Source of the DNA: Myxococcales bacterium | GTDB lineage: Bacteria > Myxococcota_A > Polyangia > Polyangiales > Polyangiaceae | Length of the DNA: 64,000 nt | Assembly: GCA_016703425.1 (NCBI GenBank) | Contig: JADJCA010000011.1 | Coordinates: 122,050 to 186,049, forward strand | Direction: 5' to 3' | The notes under the pieces: model-generated | Told to the model about the DNA's origin: nothing | The model's database searches: none | Seen by the model: the letters and a program-made list of their open reading frames with translations, nothing else | Translations under genes and position numbers: made by a program | In this document: one piece after another, positions 39,789 to 48,804 of the stretch | How the letters are laid out: each line of letters starts with the position of its first letter | Numbering within the stretch: the stretch's first letter is position 1

Positions 39789-40567
39789 GACTCTTCCTCG
39801 GTCGCGAGGGTCGCCTCGGGCGCCTCGGCGGTGGCGGCGAGCGGCGCGAGGCAAGGCTCGTCCCGCATCAACCGTTCGATCTCGCGACGCGCGTAGAAGA
39901 GGCGAGTGCGCACCGTGAGGACCGGCGCGCCGACCATCTTCGCAATGTCGCCGGGCGCGTGACCCTCGAGCTCGTGGAGCACGAACACGTCGCGCTTCTT
40001 CTCGGGGAGCTTGTCGAGGATCCGCGCGAAGGCGCGCATGCGCTCCCGACGGTCGGCGTCTTCGTCGGGCAAGAGCGCGCCGTCGACCCGCGTCTCGGGC
40101 ATCGAGTCGTCGGCGAAGACGGGGCGGCTGCGGGCAGACCTCCGATGCATCAAGACCACGTTGACGGTGACGCGATGGAGCCACGTAGTGAACTTGGACT
40201 GGCCACGGAAGTCGCGAAGGCTCCGGTGCACTTGCACGAAGACCTCTTGAATGACGTCGTCGAGGTCAGCCGTGCGGCCCGCGAGCATCCGGTAGACGAG
40301 CCGCGCGACGTCGACGCGATGGCGTTCGTAGAGGGCGCGGAAGGCCGCGGCGTCTCCGGCTTGCGCCCGCGCGATGACGGGGTCGTCGCTCACAGCGAGC
40401 ACCGCGGCGAACGGGGCGCGCCACAGCTGCCTCGAAGGGGCGCCGGGGAGCGGGCCGGCGGCCGCGCGAAACGGGCTGGCATGAGCGACGGAAACCACTG
40501 GAAAGCTTCGGTGCCCGGCGCCGCCCGCAAATTCAGGGAGCGCCCCGAGCCCTGCACATCCGTGCAC
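39785..40567 (-). CDS. ECF (group IV) RNA polymerase sigma factor
   Basis: Region 2 (IARAQAGDAAAFRALYERHRVDVARLVYRMLAGRTADLDDVIQEVFVQVHRSLRDF) and region 4 HTH (DVFVLHELEGHAPGDIAKMVGAPVLTVRTRLFYARREIERLM). The real start is probably an internal GTG near 40402, because the 70-aa N-terminal extension is not sigma-like. Confidence 0.8.
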   Translation of the reverse strand: MHGCAGLGALPEFAGGAGHRSFPVVSVAHASPFRAAAGPLPGAPSRQLWRAPFAAVLAVSDDPVIARAQAGDAAAFRALYERHRVDVARLVYRMLAGRTADLDDVIQEVFVQVHRSLRDFRGQSKFTTWLHRVTVNVVLMHRRSARSRPVFADDSMPETRVDGALLPDEDADRRERMRAFARILDKLPEKKRDVFVLHELEGHAPGDIAKMVGAPVLTVRTRLFYARREIERLMRDEPCLAPLAATAEAPEATLATEEES

Positions 40568-40755
40568 GAGCCACCGGGCGCCGCTGTTGGACCTCGCTCA
40601 CCGCTTGCGGTTGGCGAAATCGCGCACGTCGACGACGAAAAGCCCGAGACCCACGGCCAAAGCGACGAGGAGCATGTTCCACAGGGAGCATGCTCGGGCG
40701 ATTTTGGCCCAATTTTCAGTGCGCCCGACCGACACATGGGACGGCGGGGCCGCGC

Positions 40756-41088
40756 TCAGAAGAGCGCGCGGAGGTCGACCGGGGCTTGCTTCTTCTGCAC
40801 CAGGACGTGGTTCACGGCGCGAAGGATCCGCGACTTCGTGGGGCCTGAGAGCTTGCCGCCCTTCATGGCCGCATCGATGGCGCGCTGGGTGACGGGCCGG
40901 CCCGAGCGGGGCTTGCGCGTCTCCTTGGCGGCGCCTTCTTCGGCGGCGCCACCCTTGCCGCGACGCTTCGCGAGCTTGATCGCGCGGTCTTCGCGGGTGA
41001 GCGTCTCGAGCTCGTGCGACGCCACGAGAACGCGGCGCGGGTCGATCTTCTTGTCGGCGAGCAGTTTGGCGAGCTTCGAGTCGGCCAT
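40756..41088 (-). CDS. small basic hypothetical protein (110 aa)
   Basis: Clean ATG start (MADSKLAKLLADKK). Lys/Arg-rich helical composition and high GC3. Divergent from comEC. Confidence 0.45.
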   Translation of the reverse strand: MADSKLAKLLADKKIDPRRVLVASHELETLTREDRAIKLAKRRGKGGAAEEGAAKETRKPRSGRPVTQRAIDAAMKGGKLSGPTKSRILRAVNHVLVQKKQAPVDLRALF

Positions 41089-41286
41089 GATGTTCTCTCT
41101 TACGTTTGCGCGTCTCGGGCCTGGCGCAGGTGTCCGCGGGGCTCAACTCGAAACGGGGGCGGGACCCTAGCCCAGCTCCCTCCTCGGGCGCAAGGGGCGG
41201 ATGGCAGGTGACCCGAGGACCCGCGGTCTGGGCGCCACCTGGCCGCGCGGACGGCCAGACGTGGCCGTGGCCACCGACGCCGGCGA

Positions 41287-43713
41287 GTGCTGCGCGCAAA
41301 TCGCGGCGAGCGGGGCTGGCGAGGGATCTGCAGGGGTTGGCGCGTGGACCTGCCCCTCGTTCTCGCCGTCGCCTTCCTCGCGGGGCCGCTGCTCCTTGTC
41401 GCGCCCGTCGAAACGCTCGCGGCCCTTGCCGCGCTCTTTCTCATGGGCCGGGCGACCGCGCGCCACCCGCCGTGCTCCTTTCCGAAGCTCGCACTCCTGT
41501 TCTTAACGGCGCTCCTCAGCCTCGGCGCCTCCGCGTACCGGGCGTCCGCGCAATGGGACGCAGCGGCAGAGGCGCTCGAACGGCTCGGGCAGACGTTGCC
41601 GGGAACGAACCTGTGCGATCTCGAAGGCACCGTTGCCGCATCGCCCACGATCCGAACGAGCTCGGCCGCGCGCGTGGTGCGCCTCGTCGTCGACGCCAGC
41701 GTCCTGTCCTGCGACGGGCACGAAGCGCGCGACGTTCGCGTCGTCCTTTATGGGAGCGCCAACACGGGCCGCGGTGACGCGCTCCGTGGACTCGTGCAAC
41801 TTGCGCCACCCGAGCTCTTTCACAACGCGGAGCTCGGAAGCCCGTGGCCAGCGCTCGCCCGTTCCCGGACGCTTCGCACCGGGAACGCCCTGTGGGTCGA
41901 GATCACCCGAGAGGGCCTCGGCCCCGCGCGGCTCGTTGACGCGGCGCGCGCCCACGTGCGCTCACGCATCGAGGCCACCTTCGCGCCTGCCGCGGCGCCG
42001 CTCGCGCGGGCCCTCGTGCTCGGGGAGACCGATCTCGACGCGGAGGACGGCGAGGCCTTCAAGGCGAGCGGTCTCTCTCACCTCTTGGCCGTGTCGGGCA
42101 TGCACCTCGTGCTCGCAGCGCTCACGGCGCGGCGGCTCTTCGAAGCGCTCCTCGTGCGCATCACGGTCCTCTCTTCGCGGGGAGCCGCCTCGGCGTGGTC
42201 CGCCGCAGCCACGATCCCGCTCGTGTGGCTCTACGCCGATTTCGCCGGACGGAGCGGCTCGGCGGTCCGCGCGGCAGCGATGCTCACGGCGCTGCTCGTC
42301 ACAGGCGCGTGCCTTCGTCGGCCCGCCGGAGCTCGCGCCATGGCGCTTTCGACGCTCGCCATTGCCCTCGTCGACCCGCTCGCGATCTTCGATGTGTCGC
42401 TCCTCTTGTCGCTCGGCGCGACGGCGGGCCTCTTCGCTTTCGCGCAGCCGATCACCGGCTTCTTGTCGGCCCACGCAGAGCAACCTTCACGGCTCGCGGC
42501 CTCTCTCGGCACGACGCTCGCCGCGATGCTCCCTTGCGCACCGCTCCTCGCGGCGCTCGGGCCCTCCCTTCCGATGGGAGGCCTGCTCGCCAACGTCGTC
42601 GCCGTTCCCATTGGCGAGCTCTTGGCGCTTCCCCTCTGCCTATTTCACGCCGTCTCTTCCGCCGTCCCGTGGCTCGAGCAGGGCTCGGCAGCGGCCGGCT
42701 CGGGTGCGCTTCTCTTGGTGCGCGCCGTGGCGCGCAGCACCGCGGCCATCCCCTGGCTCGCACTCCAAGTTCCCCCGCCATCAGCGCTTGAGCTCGCTGC
42801 GCTCGCCGTCCTGCTCGGTGCAGCGGCGATGCGCGTGGCCCGCTGGCGACTCGTGGCTTGCGGCATGATGCTCGTCATCGCCGCGGGCGAAGCGCACCTT
42901 CGGCGTCCAACACGCGGGCACTTGACGGTCACCATGCTCGACGTCGGTCAGGGCGACGCGCTCTTCGTCGAGCTGCCGAGCGGGGAGGCCATGCTCATCG
43001 ACGCCGGCGGTCTCGTGGGGAGCCCCGTCGACGTCGGTGAACGGGTGGTGGCCTCGGTGCTTCGCGCGAGGCGCCGCAGCGAGCTTCGCGTCGTCGCCCT
43101 CTCTCACCCGCACCCCGATCATTACGGCGGGCTCGCCGCGGCGACGAAGAACGTGACGGTGCGCGAGTTCTGGGAGACCGGCGAGGGGCGGGCGAGGACC
43201 GGCGGCGCCGTCGCACGCTTGGCCCACGAGCTCGGTCGGCGCGGTGCGCGCGTTCGCGGCCCCGACTCGCTATGCGGCACGATGGAGCTCGGCGGCGCCA
43301 GCGTTGACGTGCTCGCCCCTTGCCCAAGCTTCGACCCCGACCGCGGGGCCAACGACAACTCCTTCGTGTTCCGCTTTCGATACGGTCGGCGTGCGTTTCT
43401 GTTCGTCGGCGACGCCGAGCACGACGAGGAACGGCTCTTGCTCCGCGACGACGGCGCCGCGCGGCTCAAGGCCGACGTCCTCAAGGTTGGCCACCACGGC
43501 AGCGCGACCTCGTCGACGCCCGCTTTTCTCGCGGCCGTCGGCCCGTCGGTGGCCCTCATCTCGACGGGGGTCCGGAACCGCTTCGGGCACCCGCGGCGCG
43601 AAACCCTTGAAGCGCTATCGGCGGTCGGCTCGAGGGTGTTTCGGACCGATCGCCAAGGGCAGATCGTCGTCGACACGGACGGCGATTCGCTTCGCATCCG
43701 CACGGCGCGGTGA
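41287..43713 (+). CDS. comEC: DNA internalization-related competence protein ComEC/Rec2
   Basis: Polytopic N-terminal membrane region and a central competence domain ([12 protein letters not shown]). C-terminal MBL domain [28 protein letters not shown]...[12 protein letters not shown]...KVGHHGS. The start is either GTG 41287 or GTG 41344. Confidence 0.8.
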   Translation: MLRANRGERGWRGICRGWRVDLPLVLAVAFLAGPLLLVAPVETLAALAALFLMGRATARHPPCSFPKLALLFLTALLSLGASAYRASAQWDAAAEALERLGQTLPGTNLCDLEGTVAASPTIRTSSAARVVRLVVDASVLSCDGHEARDVRVVLYGSANTGRGDALRGLVQLAPPELFHNAELGSPWPALARSRTLRTGNALWVEITREGLGPARLVDAARAHVRSRIEATFAPAAAPLARALVLGETDLDAEDGEAFKASGLSHLLAVSGMHLVLAALTARRLFEALLVRITVLSSRGAASAWSAAATIPLVWLYADFAGRSGSAVRAAAMLTALLVTGACLRRPAGARAMALSTLAIALVDPLAIFDVSLLLSLGATAGLFAFAQPITGFLSAHAEQPSRLAASLGTTLAAMLPCAPLLAALGPSLPMGGLLANVVAVPIGELLALPLCLFHAVSSAVPWLEQGSAAAGSGALLLVRAVARSTAAIPWLALQVPPPSALELAALAVLLGAAAMRVARWRLVACGMMLVIAAGEAHLRRPTRGHLTVTMLDVGQGDALFVELPSGEAMLIDAGGLVGSPVDVGERVVASVLRARRRSELRVVALSHPHPDHYGGLAAATKNVTVREFWETGEGRARTGGAVARLAHELGRRGARVRGPDSLCGTMELGGASVDVLAPCPSFDPDRGANDNSFVFRFRYGRRAFLFVGDAEHDEERLLLRDDGAARLKADVLKVGHHGSATSSTPAFLAAVGPSVALISTGVRNRFGHPRRETLEALSAVGSRVFRTDRQGQIVVDTDGDSLRIRTAR

Positions 43714-43779
43714 GCGACGCGACGCGCCGAGGACCCGCCCTTGTTCGCCCCCTCAGCCCCGAGGCTCCCGCCTCACACC

Positions 43780-43808
43780 CCTGTCTTTACACCCCCGTCT
43801 TTACACCC
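43780..43808. repeat. two tandem copies of CC(T)GTCTTTACACCC immediately upstream of hpt
   Basis: CCTGTCTTTACACCC (43780-94) and CCGTCTTTACACCC (43795-808) are read directly; an ACACCC also precedes them. The repeats end 29 nt before ATG 43838. Confidence 0.5.
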
Positions 43809-43837
43809 GGAGCACGAGGAGCGAGCATGCGCGCCTC

Positions 43838-44365
43838 ATGTCCGAACGTATCGTCAGCATGTTGTCGGAAGACGTCATTCGCGCCCGCGTGAAAGAGCTC
43901 GGCGCGCAGATCTCCAAGGACTACGCCGGCAAGCACTTGGTGCTCGTCTGCGTGCTCAAGGGCAGCTTCGTCTTCGCCGCCGACTTGGCCCGCGCCATCG
44001 AACTGACCACGCTGCGCATCGACTTCCTCGGCACCCGCTCCTACGGCGAGGGCACCGACTCGAGTGGGGTCGTGCAGATCACGCAGGATCTCTCGAGGCC
44101 CATCGCCGGCGAGGACGTCCTCATCGTCGAAGACATCGTCGACACGGGCCTCACCATTGCGCACTTGATGGACCTCTTCCGAACGCGGAATCCCGGGAGC
44201 GTGCGTGTGTGTTCGTTGCTCCACAAGCCGGCGCGCGCGCGCGTCGAAGTGAACGTCGACTACTTGGGCTTCACCATCGAAGACAAGTTCGTCGTTGGCT
44301 ATGGCCTCGACTTCGCCGAGCGCTACCGCAACCTGCCGTTCATCGGCATCGTCGAGCGCACCTGA
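43838..44365 (+). CDS. hpt: hypoxanthine phosphoribosyltransferase
   Basis: [20 protein letters not shown] and the PRPP-binding motif [13 protein letters not shown]. 175 aa. The upstream part of track ORF 43244.. is junk. Confidence 0.9.
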   Translation: MSERIVSMLSEDVIRARVKELGAQISKDYAGKHLVLVCVLKGSFVFAADLARAIELTTLRIDFLGTRSYGEGTDSSGVVQITQDLSRPIAGEDVLIVEDIVDTGLTIAHLMDLFRTRNPGSVRVCSLLHKPARARVEVNVDYLGFTIEDKFVVGYGLDFAERYRNLPFIGIVERT

Positions 44366-44676
44366 TGAGCAAGCGCCTCCTCTTCCTAGAAAAGCTCACG
44401 AGCGACGGCTCAGCCGATCCCTTCGCTTGGTACGGACTCGCCCTCGAGTACCGGAACCTCGAGCGCCACGACGACGCCCTTCGCACCTTCGAGACGCTGA
44501 AGGCGAAGGCGCCGGACTACGTGCCCCTGTACCTCATGGCAGCGCAGATGCTCGAGAAGCTCGGTCGCGGCGCCGAGGCCCGCAGCTACGCCGAGGAAGG
44601 CATTGCGCAGGCGAAGAAGAAGGGCGACTCGCACGCGCTCTCCGAGCTCGAGACGCTCCTCTCGACACTCACGTAG
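44365..44676 (+). CDS. small TPR-like helical protein (103 aa)
   Basis: ATG overlaps the hpt stop (TGATG). The sequence FAWYGLALEYRNLERHDDALRTFETLKAKAPDYVPLYLMAAQMLEKLGRGAEARSYAEEGIAQA is TPR-like helix pairs. Confidence 0.5.
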   Translation: MSKRLLFLEKLTSDGSADPFAWYGLALEYRNLERHDDALRTFETLKAKAPDYVPLYLMAAQMLEKLGRGAEARSYAEEGIAQAKKKGDSHALSELETLLSTLT

Positions 44677-44710
44677 CGCTCTCGCCGCCGCGCGCTCTCG
44701 CGATCGGTCG

Positions 44711-45565
44711 CTAACGCGTCAGCGCCGCACGCGCTGCCGTTAGGGCTTCGTCACGCCACGCGTAGAGTTCCTGCTCGCGCACGCCTTCGCGGGCGGCGAC
44801 CTTGGCCGGCGAAAGACCAAGGGCGAGGTCTAGGATCGCCGCGAGCTTTCGGTCGACGGTGCCCGGCGCTGCCGGCGCCAAGGGCCTTTGAAGCGAGAGC
44901 GGCGTCCTCTGCCACGACAGGAGCCGCACGAGCTCGCGGTCGTCGCCCGAGAAAGCGCGGCGGCCATGGAGCATGCGAAAGTTGTCGACGAGGAGCAGCT
45001 CACCGGCGGCGAGCAGGAACTCGATGCGCGGCGCCTTCGCCACAAAGGCGGCAAAGCGAGCCCCGATGGAGTCGCTGGCATCGAGGGGCATGGGAGAGAC
45101 CGTCAAGATGGGGGCCCCGGTCGCGTGGCGACGGGCCGTGGGGCCCACGAAGTCTCCAAAGTAGAACGGGATGCGGCGCGGGACGTCGAAGAGCGCGCGG
45201 TAGAGTTCGCTGTCTTCGCGCTCGACGGTCGCCAAGAGGCGCGCACCGTCGACGAGCTGGCATTCGCCGCCGGAAGGCGCGGGCCTTCGGCACCACATCA
45301 CCTGGAGCGCGGGTGCGTTTCCCAGGTACGGCTGGCTGTCGGTGTGCATCGGCGTCACGACGTTCGTCGATGCGAAAGAGCGCCCGCCAGGGACACTACG
45401 AATCGTCTGCCGCTCGACCATCAAGGGCCGCTCGCCGACGAGCGCCTCCACGAAGGAGAAGGGCTCGCTGAGCAGCGACGCGTCGAAGGCTCCGCTCGGG
45501 AGCACGACGAAGCCGCGCTCCGCCAACGGCGCGCGAACGTCCTCGACGCTGCTCCGGACTGTCAT
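44711..45565 (-). CDS. TauD/TfdA-family Fe(II)/2-oxoglutarate-dependent dioxygenase
   Basis: HxD facial-triad motif in TPMHTDSQPY and the second-His/2OG-Arg region in FRMLHGRRAF. Size is about 280 aa. Lies 10 nt downstream of the preceding cluster gene. Confidence 0.7.
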   Translation of the reverse strand: MTVRSSVEDVRAPLAERGFVVLPSGAFDASLLSEPFSFVEALVGERPLMVERQTIRSVPGGRSFASTNVVTPMHTDSQPYLGNAPALQVMWCRRPAPSGGECQLVDGARLLATVEREDSELYRALFDVPRRIPFYFGDFVGPTARRHATGAPILTVSPMPLDASDSIGARFAAFVAKAPRIEFLLAAGELLLVDNFRMLHGRRAFSGDDRELVRLLSWQRTPLSLQRPLAPAAPGTVDRKLAAILDLALGLSPAKVAAREGVREQELYAWRDEALTAARAALTR

Positions 45566-45575
45566 GAGCGGGCTG

Positions 45576-47009
45576 TCATGAGAGCGCTCCGTCGAAGCCG
45601 CCTCGTTCGAACGAGAAGGTGCTCGTGAGGAGCCACGACGGCACCGCGAAAAGGTGCGCCAGCGGTTGGCCGCTGGGCACGTCGATGGCGCGATCGACGT
45701 GGGGAAGCTGGAAGACCGCCGGCGTGGCGTGAAAGCGGTCGGTCTCGATGACGCCGCGCATGACGTCGTAGCCTGCGCCGGGGATGCCTTCGATGAGCGT
45801 CGCGGTGCCCTTTGGCGTGTGCACGAGGGCGGCGGGCTTCACGAAGAAGTGGGCCTCGCCTCGCGGGTGAGGCGTCACGTATTTCGTCAGGTAGAGCAGC
45901 GCTCCTTCGTGCGGCGCATCGCCGGACGCCGCGCGGGCGGCCATGAGCGGCTGCCATCGGCTACGGACCTCGGCGGCGAAGCGCGCGAGCTCGTCTTTGT
46001 CGGGCTCCACGGACAAGTCGAGGCCATCAAAGCGCGCGCGGAATGAGACGGCGTTGTCGACGGCGAGGCGATCGGCTTCGCCTTGGTAGGGCGAGGGGCC
46101 ATCCGGCCCATGAACGCTCTCGGCCTTCTCCTCACGAACGGAGCGCGGACCGCCGAGCGCGACGGAGAGCGCTGCCTCCGCCGGGTACGCTTCTCGCGGC
46201 GCGACGGCCGCCGACGAACGCTCGCGCCGGTACTTTCGCGAGACGTCGCCGCCGCGTTTCGTCGCAAAGTAGTTCGCGTCGTAGAACGCGAGGTGCGCGG
46301 CCGTCACGGAGGGCGTGTCCTCGATGGCGCCGACGGCGAGGCGCGTCGTCGCCAGAAGCGGTGCCAGCGTCGCGATCTCACCGGCGAGCGCGAAGGTGTC
46401 GGTGTTGGCCTCGAGCTCGAGCACGAGCGGCGTGAAGCGCTCCGTGTCCAAGATGAGCGCTTCTCGCGCTTGGTACGCGAAGGAGCGGCGGTTCTTGATC
46501 ATCGACTGCCGGAGCCGAAGGCCCGGCGCGGGCCGCACGAAGAGCCCCGTAAAGAGGAAGAGCCGCGGCGCTTCTCGACGCACCGCTTGCCCGAAGCGAA
46601 CGGCGAGCGGCGCGGGCGGTGGAGCGCCGACGATGTTCGCGGCAAAGAGCTCGCTCCAGTGAGCATCGGGAGACAAGAGCCCTCGCGCGTGAAGCATCGG
46701 GAGGTTCGCGCGGTGGAGCCGAGCGAGATCGCCCTCCCCGTCGAAGGAGACCGCGTAACCGCGCCCGCGGCGAGACACGTCGAGGCGCTTCGAGAGCGCC
46801 ACTTGGAAGCCGTAGGCGTTCCCTTCAAGCAGAGGCGCACATGCCTGGGCCACGCGAAGGGGCACGCTTCCGCCGAGGGTGCCGTCGCGGCGCTCGAGGC
46901 GACAGAAGCCACCGAGGACGTCGATGACCTCGAACGCTGGCGCGTTGCCTTCCCCGGCGACGCGCTCGCTTTCGCCTCGACGGGGCGCGTCCAAAGGCAC
47001 GGCGATCAT
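45576..47009 (-). CDS. hypothetical protein (478 aa) in the MNIO cluster
   Basis: ATG 47009 (MIAVPLDAPRRG) overlaps the stop of the upstream membrane-protein gene (ATGA). Balanced composition and high GC3. No family recognised. Confidence 0.55.
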   Translation of the reverse strand: MIAVPLDAPRRGESERVAGEGNAPAFEVIDVLGGFCRLERRDGTLGGSVPLRVAQACAPLLEGNAYGFQVALSKRLDVSRRGRGYAVSFDGEGDLARLHRANLPMLHARGLLSPDAHWSELFAANIVGAPPPAPLAVRFGQAVRREAPRLFLFTGLFVRPAPGLRLRQSMIKNRRSFAYQAREALILDTERFTPLVLELEANTDTFALAGEIATLAPLLATTRLAVGAIEDTPSVTAAHLAFYDANYFATKRGGDVSRKYRRERSSAAVAPREAYPAEAALSVALGGPRSVREEKAESVHGPDGPSPYQGEADRLAVDNAVSFRARFDGLDLSVEPDKDELARFAAEVRSRWQPLMAARAASGDAPHEGALLYLTKYVTPHPRGEAHFFVKPAALVHTPKGTATLIEGIPGAGYDVMRGVIETDRFHATPAVFQLPHVDRAIDVPSGQPLAHLFAVPSWLLTSTFSFERGGFDGALS

Positions 47010-48058
47010 CCGCAGCCGCCACCGCCGCCGCAGCCGCCGCCACCGCCACAACCGCCGCCGCCGCCGCAGCTCGAGGAGCTACAAGAGCTTCCTCCATCAC
47101 CGCTGCCACCGCCGCTCGACGACGACGTGTGCATTTGTGGCGGCGGCGCGAAGGCCGCGGCCATGGCCGCGTAGGCGGGCATCGCCGCCAACATGGCGAC
47201 GCCGCCGACGGCGACGCCGAGGCACACTTCGAGCGGATTCGTACGCCGACCGCCGCGCACATCAGACTGAAGCGACGACGTCGCGTCGTCGAGCCACGCG
47301 AGGTATTGCTTCGGCCGCGTGCTCTCTTCGAGGCCGCGCGTCATGAGGAACGTCGTGAGCGCCACGAGGACCATCGCGCCGAAGAGAACGAACGGGAACG
47401 GCGCGTCGCCTTGCGTTAGCTCGGCGCGCACGACGATGCGAATGACGCCAAGCGATAGGGCGATGGCGCCGCCCGCCAGGACGATGACCTTCAACGTCGA
47501 GATGACGCTCGCGGGACGCACGAAGCCGGCCGAAGCGAGATCGCCCTTGATGGCGTCTTCGATGCCATACGCCACGCTGCGGGCCGCGGCGCGCACTTCG
47601 GCGGGCGTCGGGCTTTGCTTTCCCTTGAGCGCATCGAAGAAGCGGCCCATGACCGGCTCGCCGGGGTGCACGCCTCCGAGGTTCTGGTAGGCCTTGCCGT
47701 CAGGCGACGCGACGAGCCAGCCCGCCGACAAGGCACCGCTGACGAGGGTCTCTTCGACGGCGTCGTTCTTCCCGCGCAGGTACGCGACGGGCCACAGCTC
47801 GTCGATGCGAGGGATGTACCCGACGGTCAGGCGCTCGTGGCGCGCGACGGGCGCGGCGGCGGGAATCCGGTAGCCCTCCGGGGTGACGGCAAGCACCTCC
47901 GGCTTCGCCTTGGTCGACGAAGCGTCGGCGCTTCGAGCGACGCCGTCGCGGAGCGCCTTCGTGACGAGGAGGATCGGCACGGCCATCATGAGGTAGATGA
48001 GGGCCCACGCTTCCGTGGGACCCATGTCGAAGGGGAAGAAGCCGAAGAGCTCGCTCAC
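47006..48058 (-). CDS. polytopic membrane protein with a C-terminal Ser/Gly/Cys repeat tail SSSSGGGSGDGGSSCSSSSC(GGGGGC)3G (TIGR04222-like architecture)
   Basis: Four predicted TM helices (AWALIYLMMAVPILLV; VIVLAGGAIALSLGVIRIVV; FPFVLFGAMVLVALTTFLM; VCLGVAVGGVAMLAAMPAYAAMAAAFA). The tail is seen directly in the DNA (47010-47130) as three perfect GGGGGC hexapeptides. The start overlaps the nucleotidyltransferase stop by 4 bp. Confidence 0.65.
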   Translation of the reverse strand: MSELFGFFPFDMGPTEAWALIYLMMAVPILLVTKALRDGVARSADASSTKAKPEVLAVTPEGYRIPAAAPVARHERLTVGYIPRIDELWPVAYLRGKNDAVEETLVSGALSAGWLVASPDGKAYQNLGGVHPGEPVMGRFFDALKGKQSPTPAEVRAAARSVAYGIEDAIKGDLASAGFVRPASVISTLKVIVLAGGAIALSLGVIRIVVRAELTQGDAPFPFVLFGAMVLVALTTFLMTRGLEESTRPKQYLAWLDDATSSLQSDVRGGRRTNPLEVCLGVAVGGVAMLAAMPAYAAMAAAFAPPPQMHTSSSSGGGSGDGGSSCSSSSCGGGGGCGGGGGCGGGGGCG

Positions 48059-48786
48059 GCGCGGCTCTCCTGGCCCGAGTCCTGTCCGAAGCGATCGACG
48101 TCGACGAGAGCGCGATCAAGCAGCTTCGCGAGGGCGTCGTAAGCGGCCCGCGCGTCTTCGCGTGCCCGGCGAAGCGGGGCCGGGTCGACCTCGTAGGTCT
48201 TCGCCGCGGCGTCGATGACCGGGTCAAGGCGGTCTTCGACGGCGAGCCCCTTGAGGGCCAGGAGCGCCCAGAGGGGCCCGCGCACCTGCTTGATCTTGCG
48301 CTCGACGGCGCGACCAAAGGTCGGGTCGCCGCCCATGTCGGTCGCCACGCGCCGCATGCGAATGCGCGCTTCGCGAAGCTCTTGTTCGATGCGGAGGCGC
48401 TTGTGCTCGCTCTCGATGCGCATGCCCTCGAAGGGACTCTTGCCGCGTACGACGATGGAGTGGCGCGCCACGTCGTCGTAGAGGAGCGGGAAGCAATCGG
48501 CCGCGTTGGGCACCTCGTCGCGACGCAACATCAAGACCTCGATGCGCGCCGAGAAGCGAGCGAGCTGCAAGGCGGGCCCGAGCGCGGCGAGCTTGCCTGC
48601 GTCGTCGTTTTCGAGAACGAGGAGCACGTCGACGTCGCTCTCGCCCTCGCGGTAGTCGCCGCGGGCAGCGCTCCCGTAGACGAGCATCGCGACGAGGTCC
48701 GTATCGAGGGCCGCGGCGAGCGTGGCCTCGAGCTCGTCTAAGCGAGCTTTGATGTTCGTGGGAAGGCGATCGAGGGCGGTGGTCAT
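48055..48786 (-). CDS. nucleotidyltransferase-domain protein (Pol-beta superfamily)
   Basis: Minimal NTase signature LVYGSAARGDYREGESDVDVLLV (GS-x9-13-D-x-D). 243 aa. Lies 18 nt downstream of the DUF692 gene. Confidence 0.65.
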   Translation of the reverse strand: MTTALDRLPTNIKARLDELEATLAAALDTDLVAMLVYGSAARGDYREGESDVDVLLVLENDDAGKLAALGPALQLARFSARIEVLMLRRDEVPNAADCFPLLYDDVARHSIVVRGKSPFEGMRIESEHKRLRIEQELREARIRMRRVATDMGGDPTFGRAVERKIKQVRGPLWALLALKGLAVEDRLDPVIDAAAKTYEVDPAPLRRAREDARAAYDALAKLLDRALVDVDRFGQDSGQESRA

Positions 48787-48804
48787 GTCGGGTCTTTCTG
48801 GAGC

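Noticed and set aside
38646-40184. 512-aa ORF starting at 40184
   Set aside because: Its first 132 codons lie inside the ECF sigma gene in another frame and are Arg-rich. The real anti-sigma starts at ATG 39788, overlapping the sigma stop.
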